Assembly (NCBI GenBank): GCA_023334545.1
Contig: JAADVB010000130.1
Coordinates: 1-50,992 of the forward strand
Reading direction: 5' to 3'
DNA from: Salisapilia sapeloensis CBS 127946
Taxonomy: Eukaryota; Protista; Oomycota
DNA: 50,992 nt
Shown here piece by piece: positions 10,198-21,628 of this stretch. The translations under genes were made by a program, and so were the position numbers. The notes under the pieces are model-generated. The model was not told where the DNA came from, ran no database searches, and saw only the letters and a list, made by a program, of their open reading frames with translations. Within the stretch, counting starts at the first letter, position 1, and each line of letters opens with the position of its first letter.

Positions 10198-11645
10198 ATG
10201 GTTCTCATGAATGACTTGAAGCTAGTATACGAGAACACCGGAGTCGCGCATTTAATGCGCAAGAAAACTCCTATCGTCTCGAGACGAGGATTCTTCATGC
10301 GTGCACAGCTACAGGAACTACTGCAAAGCGATGTCCGGTGGTCTCAAGTACCCACTGCATCAGAATCCCCTGAATGGACTTTGGACTTGGATGAGTACTT
10401 GCTCACGCTCGTCATGAACGCTACTGCCAGTGGCGATCGCTTCCCAGTCGGTGTCAATTGTGTGTCATACTCTCTTGAGCATTTATGTCCTACTTGTTGA
10501 ATGACACAAGGTTTCTTTTCTATTGTTCTAGGGCTAGATGTAAGCCAAGCAGTGCATCACACTCCAGTGGAGTGCGTCAAACGATATGCGTACCTGTACG
10601 CAATCCATCATCAAAGTGAAGCACCGAATACCACTGCCAGCATCCCTCCAGCCGATTTAAACGTACAAGAAGGGCTTGAGTCTTCTTCAGAACATATCAA
10701 TTATCGAAATTCTGACGAATCTCGCACTCTATTCTCGAATCTGAGTAGCAACGGCAGTAGCAATGCACTCGATACGTTTGGTGCTCCTTCATCTGACACC
10801 GATTTGGCATTCACACCTGTCAACTCACCTCGAGCGACTCGAGCTACTCCAGGTTCTCCTCAGTCGCCTCCACCATTTGCAGTATTAGAACAGCCAGCAG
10901 CTTTGAACATCACTGCCACCAACATTGAAAACCCTCCTGGCATGAGTGGCTTCCGATGGGAGACGCTAGCGATGGATGGGGTGGGTGCATCACCTCAGCC
11001 AGGCAGGTCTCCCGTCGCATCACGACGCAAGTCGGATCCTTTCGCACCAGATAATGATACAAAAGTATCGAGTCGAGCTAGTTCTCCTCGATACGCACAT
11101 GTACGTCTCTTGTGTCGGCTTGATACAACACGAAGTAGTGATTGAGATGGATGTAGGAACGTGGTGAAGCAACAAAAGCGCTGAATCAGGCGTTTAAAGG
11201 CATGTCACTCGATACTGCCGTGGCGCAAAGTACATCGCTTAGTCGACGATCTTCCGTTTCCAGTCGTACATTTATCTTTTAGAAGTTAGCAAAGTGATGC
11301 TTATCATATTCTTTAGACATGCCATTTGTAGCATCAGAAGATGGAAGTATAGGCAGGCAGAGCCTTCCAGCGTCTCCAAATGGAATACAGAGGTCGACGA
11401 CTTCTGATGACAACCCTTTTGCAGGTATACAAGCTACATCTTCCGTGTCGAAACGATAAACTCATAGACGCGTAGACGGATCGTTGACGCAATCGGCATT
11501 GGAGGAAGCTTTTCTGGACATGGCAGGCTCTCGACTTGACACTTCCAAGTACTATCCTTTGTTTTGTTTCATGTCGACAAATACTAACGAAAAGGATAGT
11601 GTACTACTAAACAGTCGAGCGTCGATCCCACCGAACGACACTTGA
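10198..11645 (+). CDS. Multi-exon protein with a SANT/Myb-like domain and Ser/Pro-rich tail (3' end uncertain)
   Basis: Splicing the 10162 and 10501 ORFs gives WTLDLDEYLLTLVMNATASGDRFPVGLDVSQAVHHTPVECVKRYAYL, matching the SANT pattern WT..ED..LL.LV...T..EC..RY. Tail has DPF and NPF motifs. Stop is 11459 or, with further splicing, 11645. Confidence 0.55.
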
Positions 11646-11699
11646 CGAATTTGTGTATTGCACCAAGAAAACAATGTTTCATTCTTTAAAGAAGTTGCT

Positions 11700-12725
11700 T
11701 TACACCTTACTCGCAGCAGATTGGTCTCGTTCGACTTCCTGCTGAATCTTACGGCGCTTGGCTGCTTCTCCTTCCTTGAATTTCGCGTACCCGTATAGCA
11801 TACCTCCGATCATTCCGAACGTCACAAAGACCGCCGTGTCTGGTTTTAGTGGTTCACCCAAAAGGAGGACACCGATGAACGTCGTGGGGATCTTGTTTAA
11901 TGCACCCACCGTCGCGTACGTCGTGGCGGACGTCACCGAGACACACCAGAAGGAGGCGAGGTTGAGTCCGACACCCATGACACCACTCAGGATCAATAGC
12001 GAGGTGAATCGAATGTCACTTAGGAGAGGATTGCTCCAGACGGAGAAGGCTTCTCCGTTTAAGAGCATGGGAGGAGCCAAGAGTGGCAACGAAATCAAGT
12101 TGTTATAGAACGCCATGCCGAACTTGGAGAGCTTTAGATCTGACTTGGCAGTTGCATACCGCATGTACAGGACGTAGCCAGCGGTCGAGCCACAATTGAG
12201 GAACATCCAGATGTACCCCGTGAGCGTACTGTTGGATACCTTGGCTGGATCTCCACCAACGTCACTGTACGAGGCCATGACGGCGCCGGCGAGCATTACG
12301 AGTAAACTAACGATGACTAGCGGCCCTACTTTTTCACCAAAGAACTGAAATTCACCCGTGACAATGAGCAGATTCGTCACGTTTTTAAAGACCGTGACGA
12401 TGTGAATGGGCAGCCCAGCCGTCGCTTGGGTGCCTGTGTAGAGCATGGAGATGAAGAAGAAGGTGACTGGAGCCCAGCGTTGAGCCACTTCACTACGGTA
12501 GCCGTCGTAGCTGACCATGCCACGTAGTTTCGCGACTTCTAGCACCGCGACGGCGACAAGTGCTTGGACGGCGACGACGAAGAATTTTTCGTCGAAGCCA
12601 AAGTATTTGCCACCGACGAGATACCGGTTTGCAAGGACCATGAGGTTACTCATGAGACTGTACACGAGACAGGAGATGATGGAAAGCAGCATCGATGCCG
12701 CTGGGGCATTCCCTTTACCGCTCAT
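11700..12725 (-). CDS. Golgi GDP-mannose transporter (Vrg4/GONST1 family)
   Basis: About 10 hydrophobic segments, FKNVTN, YNNLISLP and the GDP-sugar transporter signature GALNK. Confidence 0.92.
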   Translation of the reverse strand: MSGKGNAPAASMLLSIISCLVYSLMSNLMVLANRYLVGGKYFGFDEKFFVVAVQALVAVAVLEVAKLRGMVSYDGYRSEVAQRWAPVTFFFISMLYTGTQATAGLPIHIVTVFKNVTNLLIVTGEFQFFGEKVGPLVIVSLLVMLAGAVMASYSDVGGDPAKVSNSTLTGYIWMFLNCGSTAGYVLYMRYATAKSDLKLSKFGMAFYNNLISLPLLAPPMLLNGEAFSVWSNPLLSDIRFTSLLILSGVMGVGLNLASFWCVSVTSATTYATVGALNKIPTTFIGVLLLGEPLKPDTAVFVTFGMIGGMLYGYAKFKEGEAAKRRKIQQEVERDQSAASKV

Positions 12726-12876
12726 GCTGAGGTGACGTGTGGAGGTTAAATGAGGCTGCTTGGACGATCTCTCGCCGAAATACGTTCCAAATTATTATGT
12801 GTAAACGGGATACAACTTTTGAGTGAAAGTGTGTGGGCAGGATATACTAGAGAGATCTTGGGGAGACGCTAAGATC

Positions 12877-15426
12877 ATGTCGGACGAGGATACTCATGGA
12901 TCGGTTCAGCACAAAACGAAGCACGTTATGTTCAAGATTGATGTCAAGGACGAAAGCAGACCTAGGTATACTTATGATGGACGTGTGAATCGTCCGCGAC
13001 CAGCGAAACAGTCTCATGGACGAAAGCAAAAGCGAGAAGGTTTGGATATGAATGTACCTCTACCAAGTTTCTGGTACTATCGGATCAATTGTAGCGAAGA
13101 CAAAGAAGCAAGTAAGGCGACCCGTGTGGAATGATAATGTACATGCAACACCTACGTTTGATGGGACGTTGAGAAAATCACTACTCTTTCAGCCTGGAAG
13201 TTTCGATCGAGATGGATACATGCTCCGACCTGATTTCACCGAAGACACTTTCCATGAAGCTACGGACGATTCACACAGTGTAGCAAGTGATCGAAGCAAT
13301 AAGCAACTTCGGCACCATAAGAATGATGCATCTCAGTCGCATAGCCGAGTTAAGAAAGATTTTATCACGCAAAACATTGAAAGGCTTGCAGGACAGCGCA
13401 TGAAAGATATTGAACGAACACGGGCTCGGCGCCGGACAAAGACGAAAGGGAATGTGTTTGACCGATTGGCGTCACCAGCCATGCACCGCTCCAAATTTCA
13501 ATTCCGAAACTTTCCGTCTGCACCGCTCTCTCCGACCATGCATTCGCCACAACGAACACCTTCACCACGAAGACATGCGATATACAATGAGAACGAGGAT
13601 TGCAGTCCAGACACTCCAACACCTCCAACTAGTCCGGACATTCCTGGAAAATCTCGACGAGGTCGACGTCGAAATGATAACCAGTCCTTCTCCCATCCGT
13701 TGACACCTCCGGTTTCAGATGACCAAATTCCATTGCAAGTATTTCGTATTCTAGATCGATCACAACGTGGCCAACTTGACGTTGGACAGATCCAAATTGG
13801 ATTGCAACTCCTTAATCTTCCCGCCTCCAAGGAGCAGGTAGTTTGGAAAGTTGAAGTTGTTGATAGCACGCCTAATGAAATCTTAGATCTCGGACTACAT
13901 CTATTTGATCCACGAAGGTCGAAAAGTTACAATCGATATCGAAGAGTGGAGGATCTTGGTCGATACGCTGGAGGCTACAACCGAGTCAGAAGACAGAATG
14001 GCATATGAACCAAATGAACCAAATGAACCAAATGATAATAATCAAGATGCACGTGTTCATCCTGTCCGTAAAGACGATGAGATGAAGAAGACCCCACATC
14101 ATGGATTCTCGGATCAAAACGTGTATCATCGTGGACACATGCAAACACCTTTTGAACCTAGCACAGATGGATTTAGCCTACGTGAACTAGAGGTGAGTTA
14201 CACTCATCAAAACATAGTGGAAAGATCATGGAGTAACAAGTATATTTGTTACAGCGTCGACTCGAGTCTATGATCGAAAGAGCTGAAGTCTCTACAAAAG
14301 GAGCGACTCAGTCTACACATGAACAAGACCCTCGTCGCATGTTGCAGCAAGCTGCAGGAGCTGTATATGGGCTCAAGGTACGATTTATATTCATATACTA
14401 CATTTAAATGCAACTCGCTCAGATTAACACAATCGCTCCTTCTCTAGACGAATCTGTTTCCTCTAGTCCATCAAGCAGAGCAGACAATCAGAGAGCTACA
14501 AAAGCACCATGGTGCTCGTCCGTCGTTATTTCTATCTCCAATGGAGCTGATGACTATCACACACAACTCAGAGGATCTAGCAAACGCAATCTTGGATGAA
14601 ATCCTGCTCGTAAGCTAGCTTCTAAAGGGAACATGACAAGGCTTTAGTAATCTTTCTGTGTAGGATATGGTTCAGCTGCTAAATGAAGAAGATAAGCTGA
14701 GAACGGAGAGGAAGTGCGATGTGGATCAACAGAAGCAGCTAGAAGCAATTCTTACTCAGATTGATGCTATTGAAAAAGAGGAAGCAGAGATGGCGAAACA
14801 ATGCCTTGGTTGGGGTGCAATCTGCAGCACTACCACATTTAATCAACTAGACAATCTTGGTTTTGATCACCTAGTGCAGAATGATGTGTCTGAAGGCCGA
14901 GATGGTGGACACTTGACACCTGAAGAATGTGACTCTGGTGATATCAATTTGACTCTGCCACTTGGGGTCATTATGAACATAAATGCTATGGAGGATGTGG
15001 GTGAAAGCATCGAAAAGTCTGATGAGGACACCATACAAGATGATCAACAGTGTACTCTGAAGCAATATGACTCGAACGCAGGGCCACCTCCAGACCAGAT
15101 TCTTGAAGCTACATTGCACAACAAGATGATGTCGAGTGCTGTGCTCCGTGGGGATGTACTTGAGCGAATTCAGCAGAATCGTGATGAATACAAGCAGTAT
15201 CGCCAAAAGGTAGAGAAGGGCCTTCGCGAAAGGTGGCATGAAAAGCACCCCGTTATAGAAACGTAAGATTTTGCAAACGCATAGCATGAAAACTCTTCTG
15301 CAGTCGCCTAATCGTTTTCATAGGTTGGAAGAAATGATTCTGGAGGAACTTCTAGATGACTGCGTCTACGACTTAGATACTAGCTTCGGGACGCTCACTG
15401 AATCCCTCGTATCGACTATAACATAA
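12877..15426 (+). CDS. Multi-exon EF-hand/coiled-coil protein with a KIAA0753 (moonraker)-like C-terminus
   Basis: ORFs 12823, 13052, 13905 and 14667 are separated by short GT-AG spacers. EF-hand-like FRILDRSQRGQLDVGQI. Last intron 15263-15323 gives ...ERIQQNRDEYKQY...VIETLEEMILEELLDDCVYDLDTSFGTLTESLVSTIT. Internal exon boundaries were not all resolved. Confidence 0.6.
14005..14035 (+). repeat. 9-nt coding tandem repeat (ATGAACCAA x3)
   Basis: Directly visible; encodes EPNEPNEPN. Confidence 0.8.
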
Positions 15427-15496
15427 GAAACAAGTCTTGTACTAGCAACTAGTCTATTGGAATTGGATTCGACCGAGCATTTTCACATTTAAAGCG

Positions 15497-15947
15497 CTAA
15501 TAAAAATTGTGCTTTGCAATTTCAACCTCACGCTTGCGCCGACGAGTGTTGCGGGCTGTTATCTGCTGTTGGATTTCCTCCGACTTGGCGTCCTTTCCGT
15601 ACCCAAGCTTCCGTGCGACGTGGACAAAGCCTCCGTGTTTTTTCCGAATGGCATGAATAAGGTCGCTGTCACCTCGACTTTTAAGCAACTTTGTTTCGGG
15701 CATGACGCCTGCCGGTAGTTGTTCTTCCTCTGCTATCCTACGCAATGCCTATAGTCACACCAACACGTTAATAATCACTTGGTGTGTCTTTCGGCGTCCA
15801 TATCATCGATTAACGCACCATCATGACATTATTAAAATCATAATACACATTCGTCGGTTTCTTCGTTGCCATCCATCGCTTTGGCAATGGATAGGCAGCA
15901 CTCCCGTGTGCTCGATTCATCATGAAACCACCGAATCGACTTGCCAT
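15497..15947 (-). CDS. About 126-aa protein with a mitochondrial-presequence-like leader and one KP.xYW.D...MP...L...G..DL..AI...GG...VA..LG-type repeat, 2 exons
   Basis: Exon 1 15947-15819 MASRFGGFMMNRAHGSAAYPLPKRWMATKKPTNVYYDFNNVMM; 70-nt intron 15818-15749 (GTGCGT...CTATAG); exon 2 ALRRIAEEEQLPAGVMPETKLLKSRGDSDLIHAIRKKHGGFVHVARKLG. An alternative ATG lies at 15962. Confidence 0.7.
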
Positions 15948-16223
15948 CGTCATGAACCCCATTTCCAATCGTCGTGTCCAGTAGATGTATCCTCACTAAC
16001 TCGGCATTAGTATACGTCACAATCTGACAATTTACCTGCCAGCGTCTGTGGCATTGTATAAAGAATGTCCCCCTTCCAACGTATTATGCTCGTCTCTGTG
16101 GATGGGTGGTCTGTCTTCTATCTTGGCAGGGAGAGTTTTTTTTGTTCTTTTTGAGGAAGAGCTTCTCGACTTATCTGTCCTGATTTCAGAAAAAGGGAGA
16201 AAAAAGCGTAACGATTGCCCAGT

Positions 16224-18506
16224 ATGAGTGCGATGAAAATGGATTTTATCTGCGATCCGGAGGACGAAGCAAGTAAGCCCACGGTGCCCACGTCAGCATC
16301 CGCGACGTCGAGTTCAAGCGCCCCGGCATCCGAGGGAAAGATCAATGCGCTGTTTAACAATGAGTTTGTCGCAGCAGCATCACCGGAGGGCGAGCCGACT
16401 GCAAAGAAACCTCGACTCGAAGTCACGCTGACACGTCCGCCTCATGGCGGCTTCCAGGCGTCGTCTCGACCTCCAAGTGACGCCACGGACGGCGAGCGAC
16501 AGGTGCTTGGCGATGACGAGGCAGAGGAGGACGATCAGCTTGAGCACGCTCCGTGGCAAGATGTGGATGTGAACCCTGCGGCGGAGCTCGTGAGCAAAGT
16601 CGTTCGAGAGAGCATTGACGCTGCCAAGACATATAACAAGTCCATTGCGAATAAGACGACACAGGTATGGTACATTTAAGAAGCTAGCAAGGTCGACATG
16701 ATACTTATACGGCTTGTACTCTAGTTGATTTCCGGATGCGATAGCGTCATATTGGAATTGAAAAACTTGGCGGAGACGAGAGAAGCCGCTCGTCGGGATG
16801 GAAAGCCGTCCGCAGCGACGCATGAACAGGGGTGTACTTGTGCCTTGGCACTGTCCATGCTTCCAATTACGGACGAGACAAAGGAGCAAGTGGACAAGCT
16901 AACAAAAGCCAATTCATCTTCGAAAGAGGAAGCATCTGCGGCGTCACTGGACTCGTCGACGGAAGATCAGACAGATCGCGTACTGACCAAGATCTCTGCT
17001 TCCTTGGAACGTCTGCGCGAATTAGGCGAGATGGTCCAAGCGACAAGTCTCCAAGGTGAAGCAAACGTCATCTCGAAAGTCATGTTAGAGGAGAATGCGC
17101 TCGTCAATTTATCCAACGAAATCGCTTCGAGTGCTGCCGCTGCAACAGCCACTGCCATAGCACAGGAACGGGGTCCGAATACGTCTGCCTATTCGAAACT
17201 GTACTCTCCCCTCCAATTAAAAAAGTTGGAAGAGTGGTATCAAAAGTATCCTCGTCCATTACTAGATGAATTGACATTGATGAAAACGATATTAAACTAT
17301 CGTCCATACTTTAATGAATTCCGAGCAGAAGGACTGACGATTCAGAACGTTCGTGACTGGTTTGACCAGCGACGAGCGAGAGAGAAAATGCGATACGTGA
17401 AACTTGCAGTCGAAAGCGGACGTGAAGCTGGTGCAGCCGAAGAAGAGATCGAGTTCCGGCTGCAGAAACGAGTCGACAGGCTGCGTCTAACCCTCGATCC
17501 GAACGACCTGGTGAAGCAACTGGAGCTCGCGAGGGCCCAGAGCTTACGATACGATGGTTCCGTCGGAGCATTCACGCGTCCAGGGCAGATCAAGAGCTAT
17601 GTGGCGAACAGTCATGAAGTGGATCTCCCGACAGGTGAGAACGCGACTGCAATCATCGGTAGCAAACGCCCTCGAGCGTATCAGGATGGCGAAGTGACTG
17701 TCGTGAAAGAAGCGAGCCGAGAGGAAGTGACGGTCTTGCAGAATCGCATTCGGAGTTTGCTGATGCAGCAAGGCGGTAGCCGCGTCACTGCTGGCTTGCA
17801 GCAAGTGGTGCATGTCTTGCGTGCGATGGACATTCCGTCCTCGGTGCGTCTAGAGACTGGTATCACGGACGATCTCAAGGAGATTCTGAGACTGTATAAG
17901 AAACCACCGGCCCTACGTCAGTCGATCAATGCGCTCTTGAGCCGACTGGGAGCGCCAGGAAAGAAGGAGGAAGAGGATGAGAGTGTAAAGGAAGAAGCGA
18001 CTCCTCCGTCGTCGCCGATTGACGCGAATAAGAAGAAGGGGAGGCGCACCCATCGGCCGATGAAGTTCAGCATGCAGCAGCTACAGGCGTTGGAAAAGTG
18101 GTTCCAACAAAAGTACAAACCTTCGGCTCCGGAGATGGAACGATACTTGAGCGAGCTGAATAGTCCGCCGCTGCGTGATGTCCAGACGCAGGTGATGGAT
18201 GTGAGCATGACGCAGCTACGCAGGTGGTTTAACAAGCGCCGGTGTCTCGGACGACCTCCACTAGCGCTCTTGTCTCAACAAGAAGCGGATGCTGCGAGGG
18301 AAGGCAAGGTGGAGACTGCAACAGAGGATACGTTGGTGCAGGCGCCGGAGGAAGAGGAAGGAAGGCAGAGGAGAGAGCAAGAGGAGCGAGCAGAGAGTGC
18401 GGCGGATGAAGTTCGACAGCGGACATTGGCCGGGTCAGGTGACGATGGAGACTCGGACGACGATGACGAGTCGAGTGACGATGATCCCAGTAGTGAAGAT
18501 GAGTGA
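16224..18506 (+). CDS. Transcription factor-like protein with two atypical homeodomains and a TFIIS-N/IWS1-like helical segment, 2 exons
   Basis: 60-nt intron 16665-16724 joins the ORFs in frame. HD1 YSPLQLKKLEEWY...NVRDWFDQRR; HD2 FSMQQLQALEKWF...LRRWFNKRR; VLRAMDIPSSVRLETGITDDL lies between them; acidic tail. Confidence 0.85.
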
Positions 18507-18516
18507 GGAAGTGTAC

Positions 18517-20033
18517 TCAATGTTTGGAATAAATTTCATCTTTCCCTAGTTTCCTTCGCGTGCTGTGGCTTGGATGGTAAGCTCGCTGTCGGTCTGTACA
18601 TGATCCAGAGCTGGTTAGTGCTTGCAATCGATCTTGTGGGACGGTTGGACATACCTCTTTACGTGTCTCAGTATCCACGAAGGTGGTGCCGCTAGTGCCA
18701 CTTTCAGTAGTTGGATGCTGCTCCTCTGACGTTATGGACAATTCTGTTGTCTCTTGTTTTGAGTTGGTACACGGTGTCTGCTCACCAGATTCTACCATTA
18801 CGTCTTTGTTTGCTTCACTTGCTTCCGGACTCTGCTCCTCAGTCAGATTCATCCTTGTGATCGACTCATTCGTTTGGTCAGATGTGTCCTGTGGAAGTGA
18901 CGAAACTTGTGCTGATGACTCTACCTCCGTTGTAGTCTGCTCATCTGGAGCTTTCAGTATTGACTCCGTCGTGTCATATGCTTCGCTCTCATTAGACGGT
19001 AGATGCTGACTTGCTTGTTGCTGTTCACTCTCGGTCGGTGTGGTATCCGACTGGTTCCCTTTAATTGTAGGTTGTGACTCTGTGGACTCTCGTACGATTG
19101 TTTCACACATTTGGTCATGTTGCTCAGGTACGTCAACAGACTGATCCGTCTGGGAAAACTCCTGACTATGCTTCTCTGTGTTATCATCTTGTTCAGGCTC
19201 TACCATCCCAAAGCGATGCAAGAAAGCTTCGATCCCATCCTCAGAATCTCCCCCATGTGCTTCAGATGGCACAAAGGATGCGATCCAGTCGATAAATTCC
19301 GTTTTGGTGATGTCCTCGTTGTTGGATTTACGCAATTCTTGGTAAGCTTGTAAGCTGATAGACTCAATCTCTTCATCGTCAGGGATGCACCCGACGCCAG
19401 AGAGCACGCAGAAACCTCGGGCACAACAGAGCATGATAATAATCTACTCTCATATACAGACATTAATCGTTTGTGCTAAAATAGGAAAAGCATGACATAT
19501 CCTACCATTTCATCCATCGAGACTTCTCCTGTTGCATCAAAATCCAAAGCATCAAAAGCCACTATTGTTTAGCTCGAGCCATTATCAATCATATTTGTGA
19601 GCCATGAAAAGTGGAAATCATACAAGCTGCTTTATCCTTCACGCTACCAGCACTTACAAGTATAGCACCACATATAAAAGCGAGAACGTTGACACTACAC
19701 CAGACATTTAGAAAGTATTCGAAGTGAGCAATGATGAGCAACGATATCCTACATGCCATTAGCACTTCCAAATTTATCAATGATATGCTGAGCTAGCTGC
19801 TTGTCCACTTGCGATAATTCGCATAATCCCGCAATGTCGAGACCAAAGTCTAGGTCCTTGTCCTTGTAGTCATTTAAGAGATGCTTTGCATCCTTGATCT
19901 CCCCTGCACACATGAAAGCAAGTACCATGCGTCAGCTCCCAATTGTGTACAAAAATGTAGCATTGAGCTTACAAGACGAAAGCGCTTGAAATTTTTCGTC
20001 TATTGGACATGGTTTCGTGATCGAGGTTCCCAT
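18517..20033 (-). CDS. N-myristoylation-motif EF-hand (calcineurin B/NCS-like) protein with a long acidic S/T/Q tail, multi-exon
   Basis: ATG 20033 MGTSITKPC; intron 19972-19904 gives SSWEIKDAKHLLNDYKDKDLDFGLD; EF loop FDALDFDATGEVSMDEM; second EF-like ELRKSNNEDITKTEFIDW. The last exon and stop are uncertain (possible short intron near 18610-18655). Confidence 0.7.
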
Positions 20034-20153
20034 TGTCGTTCTACCACGCTGTTGGCAAACCAGGTTGGCATCCGTTTCATGGTCGAAGTTACTATGACCT
20101 TTCAAGATCATCTATTAAATGCGCGTATCTAGACACAATTTCCAGCAACAAAA

Positions 20154-21628
20154 ATGGAAAGTGATGATGACTTCGAAGAGGAGCTGTCTGGCGCTTATCT
20201 AAATCTAGCCAGATCTCGTAAACGTGATCTCGAGCAAGATTCTGCACGTATGCATTTCTCTCTTTAACCCATTGTAACTAGAGATTGCATAAGGTTTACC
20301 TTCTTGCTTATTTCCATTGTTGATAGCTGTGAATTCGCAACAAAGCATTTTAAAATGGGCGCGAAAGTTTCCTGGTCCGATCCAGGAAGTCATGCAACGC
20401 CAGCCAAATATGACAGCAAGGTAAACCTTCAGTGAATATCTGATAATTCGTTATAAGACGCTTAATATCCTATCAGTACTACTGGCACTGCCGATACCGA
20501 CATACCGAGCTCCCACTTGAGCTCGCAAAGAGTACAGATTGCAACTGTATTTGATGATGGAGCGTGGGTCGACATGTGCAGTTACTTGAAGATCCCTACT
20601 AGCCGTGGAGAACTCTATGGTATCATCAGTTATCCAGAGCAATATCGACATTTGAGTAATGTTTAAACCATAGGTGGGGTGCGTATTAGCAGTTTAAAAA
20701 ACACAGTTTCGTACATCACAGAAGACGATCAATCAACACCAAAAGTTTCACAGGTACAAGAGGCAAAAGGTTTTTATCCACAATTCTGCTCACAGTCGTG
20801 TAGCTGCTCGTGCTCATAAAATCGATGCGATACGTTGAAGAAGCAATCACTGCAGTTTTCCATGTGTGCATGCCTCCATCCATCGTTTCTATTCAGTGAT
20901 TAAGGAGTGCAATATAGGATCCGACTGGAGAGATCGAAGGGTACTTACATCGACGATTGGTAGAACGCATCGGCTCTGCAATGATTGCAGGAGTTGGACT
21001 GATCCTAGAAGACGTTTCTGTTTTTACTCCGTCCGAGGACACAACTGTCTCTGGGCGAAGTAAAAGCTATTTAAACATCGTGGAACGAAACGTCCGACGT
21101 GTGTTCCTACCTTCTTCAGCTACAGGCGAATCAATCGTAGCTAGTTTTAACAAAGAAAAAGCTCAAATGGTAGCGTCAAAGACAGTGGATGCATCAGTTG
21201 AAGTCCAAAAGCAAGTAGAAGTGGAGCCTCGAACTCGTGTGCCGTCGGTTACCTTTGACACTCGAAGTACCAAGGCACCGACGCTACGAAATCAGTCTAC
21301 AGAGCTTAGTTTCTTTTCACAACGTCAAGTAGTACATCGTAATCCACCTGCAAACCCTAGCACTGGACTAGGCTCTGGGAAAAACAAGAAGAAGGCAAAG
21401 GAGCAAAATTGGAATTGGCATCTTTTGCTACAAAAGCCCGATGAGAACAAAAATAAGAACAAGGAGAGCCAAGTGAGCTTTCAAGAGGCAGAAAAGGGTA
21501 TAGACCATCGAACTGATGCTGAACAAAACTCAACCATGGGCAAGTCGCAAGGAGAAGTCAGCGTTGGCAGCATCCCTCAGCACTTATTAGACGAGGCAGA
21601 TCTTATAGAAGACGATGAGGACTGGTAA
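20154..21628 (+). CDS. HROB/MCM8IP (C17orf53, DUF4539)-like OB-fold homologous-recombination factor, multi-exon
   Basis: HASIHR...GVGLILEDVSVFTPS...SYLNIVERNVRRVF parallels HROB GTVHR...GSVLLLKQIGVFSPS...HYLNVTPNNLVHIY. Upstream FDDGAWVDM parallels FGRGPWLTM. ATG 20154 MESDDDFEEEL. Confidence 0.65.

Noticed and set aside
15838-16020. 60-aa ORF looking vaguely FERM/RA-like (VRIHLLD...)
   Set aside because: It overlaps, in another frame, the exon that splices cleanly into the repeat protein.
16118-18549. Many overlapping antisense and alternate-frame ORFs over the homeobox gene
   Set aside because: Expected from GC-rich coding sequence; no independent support.
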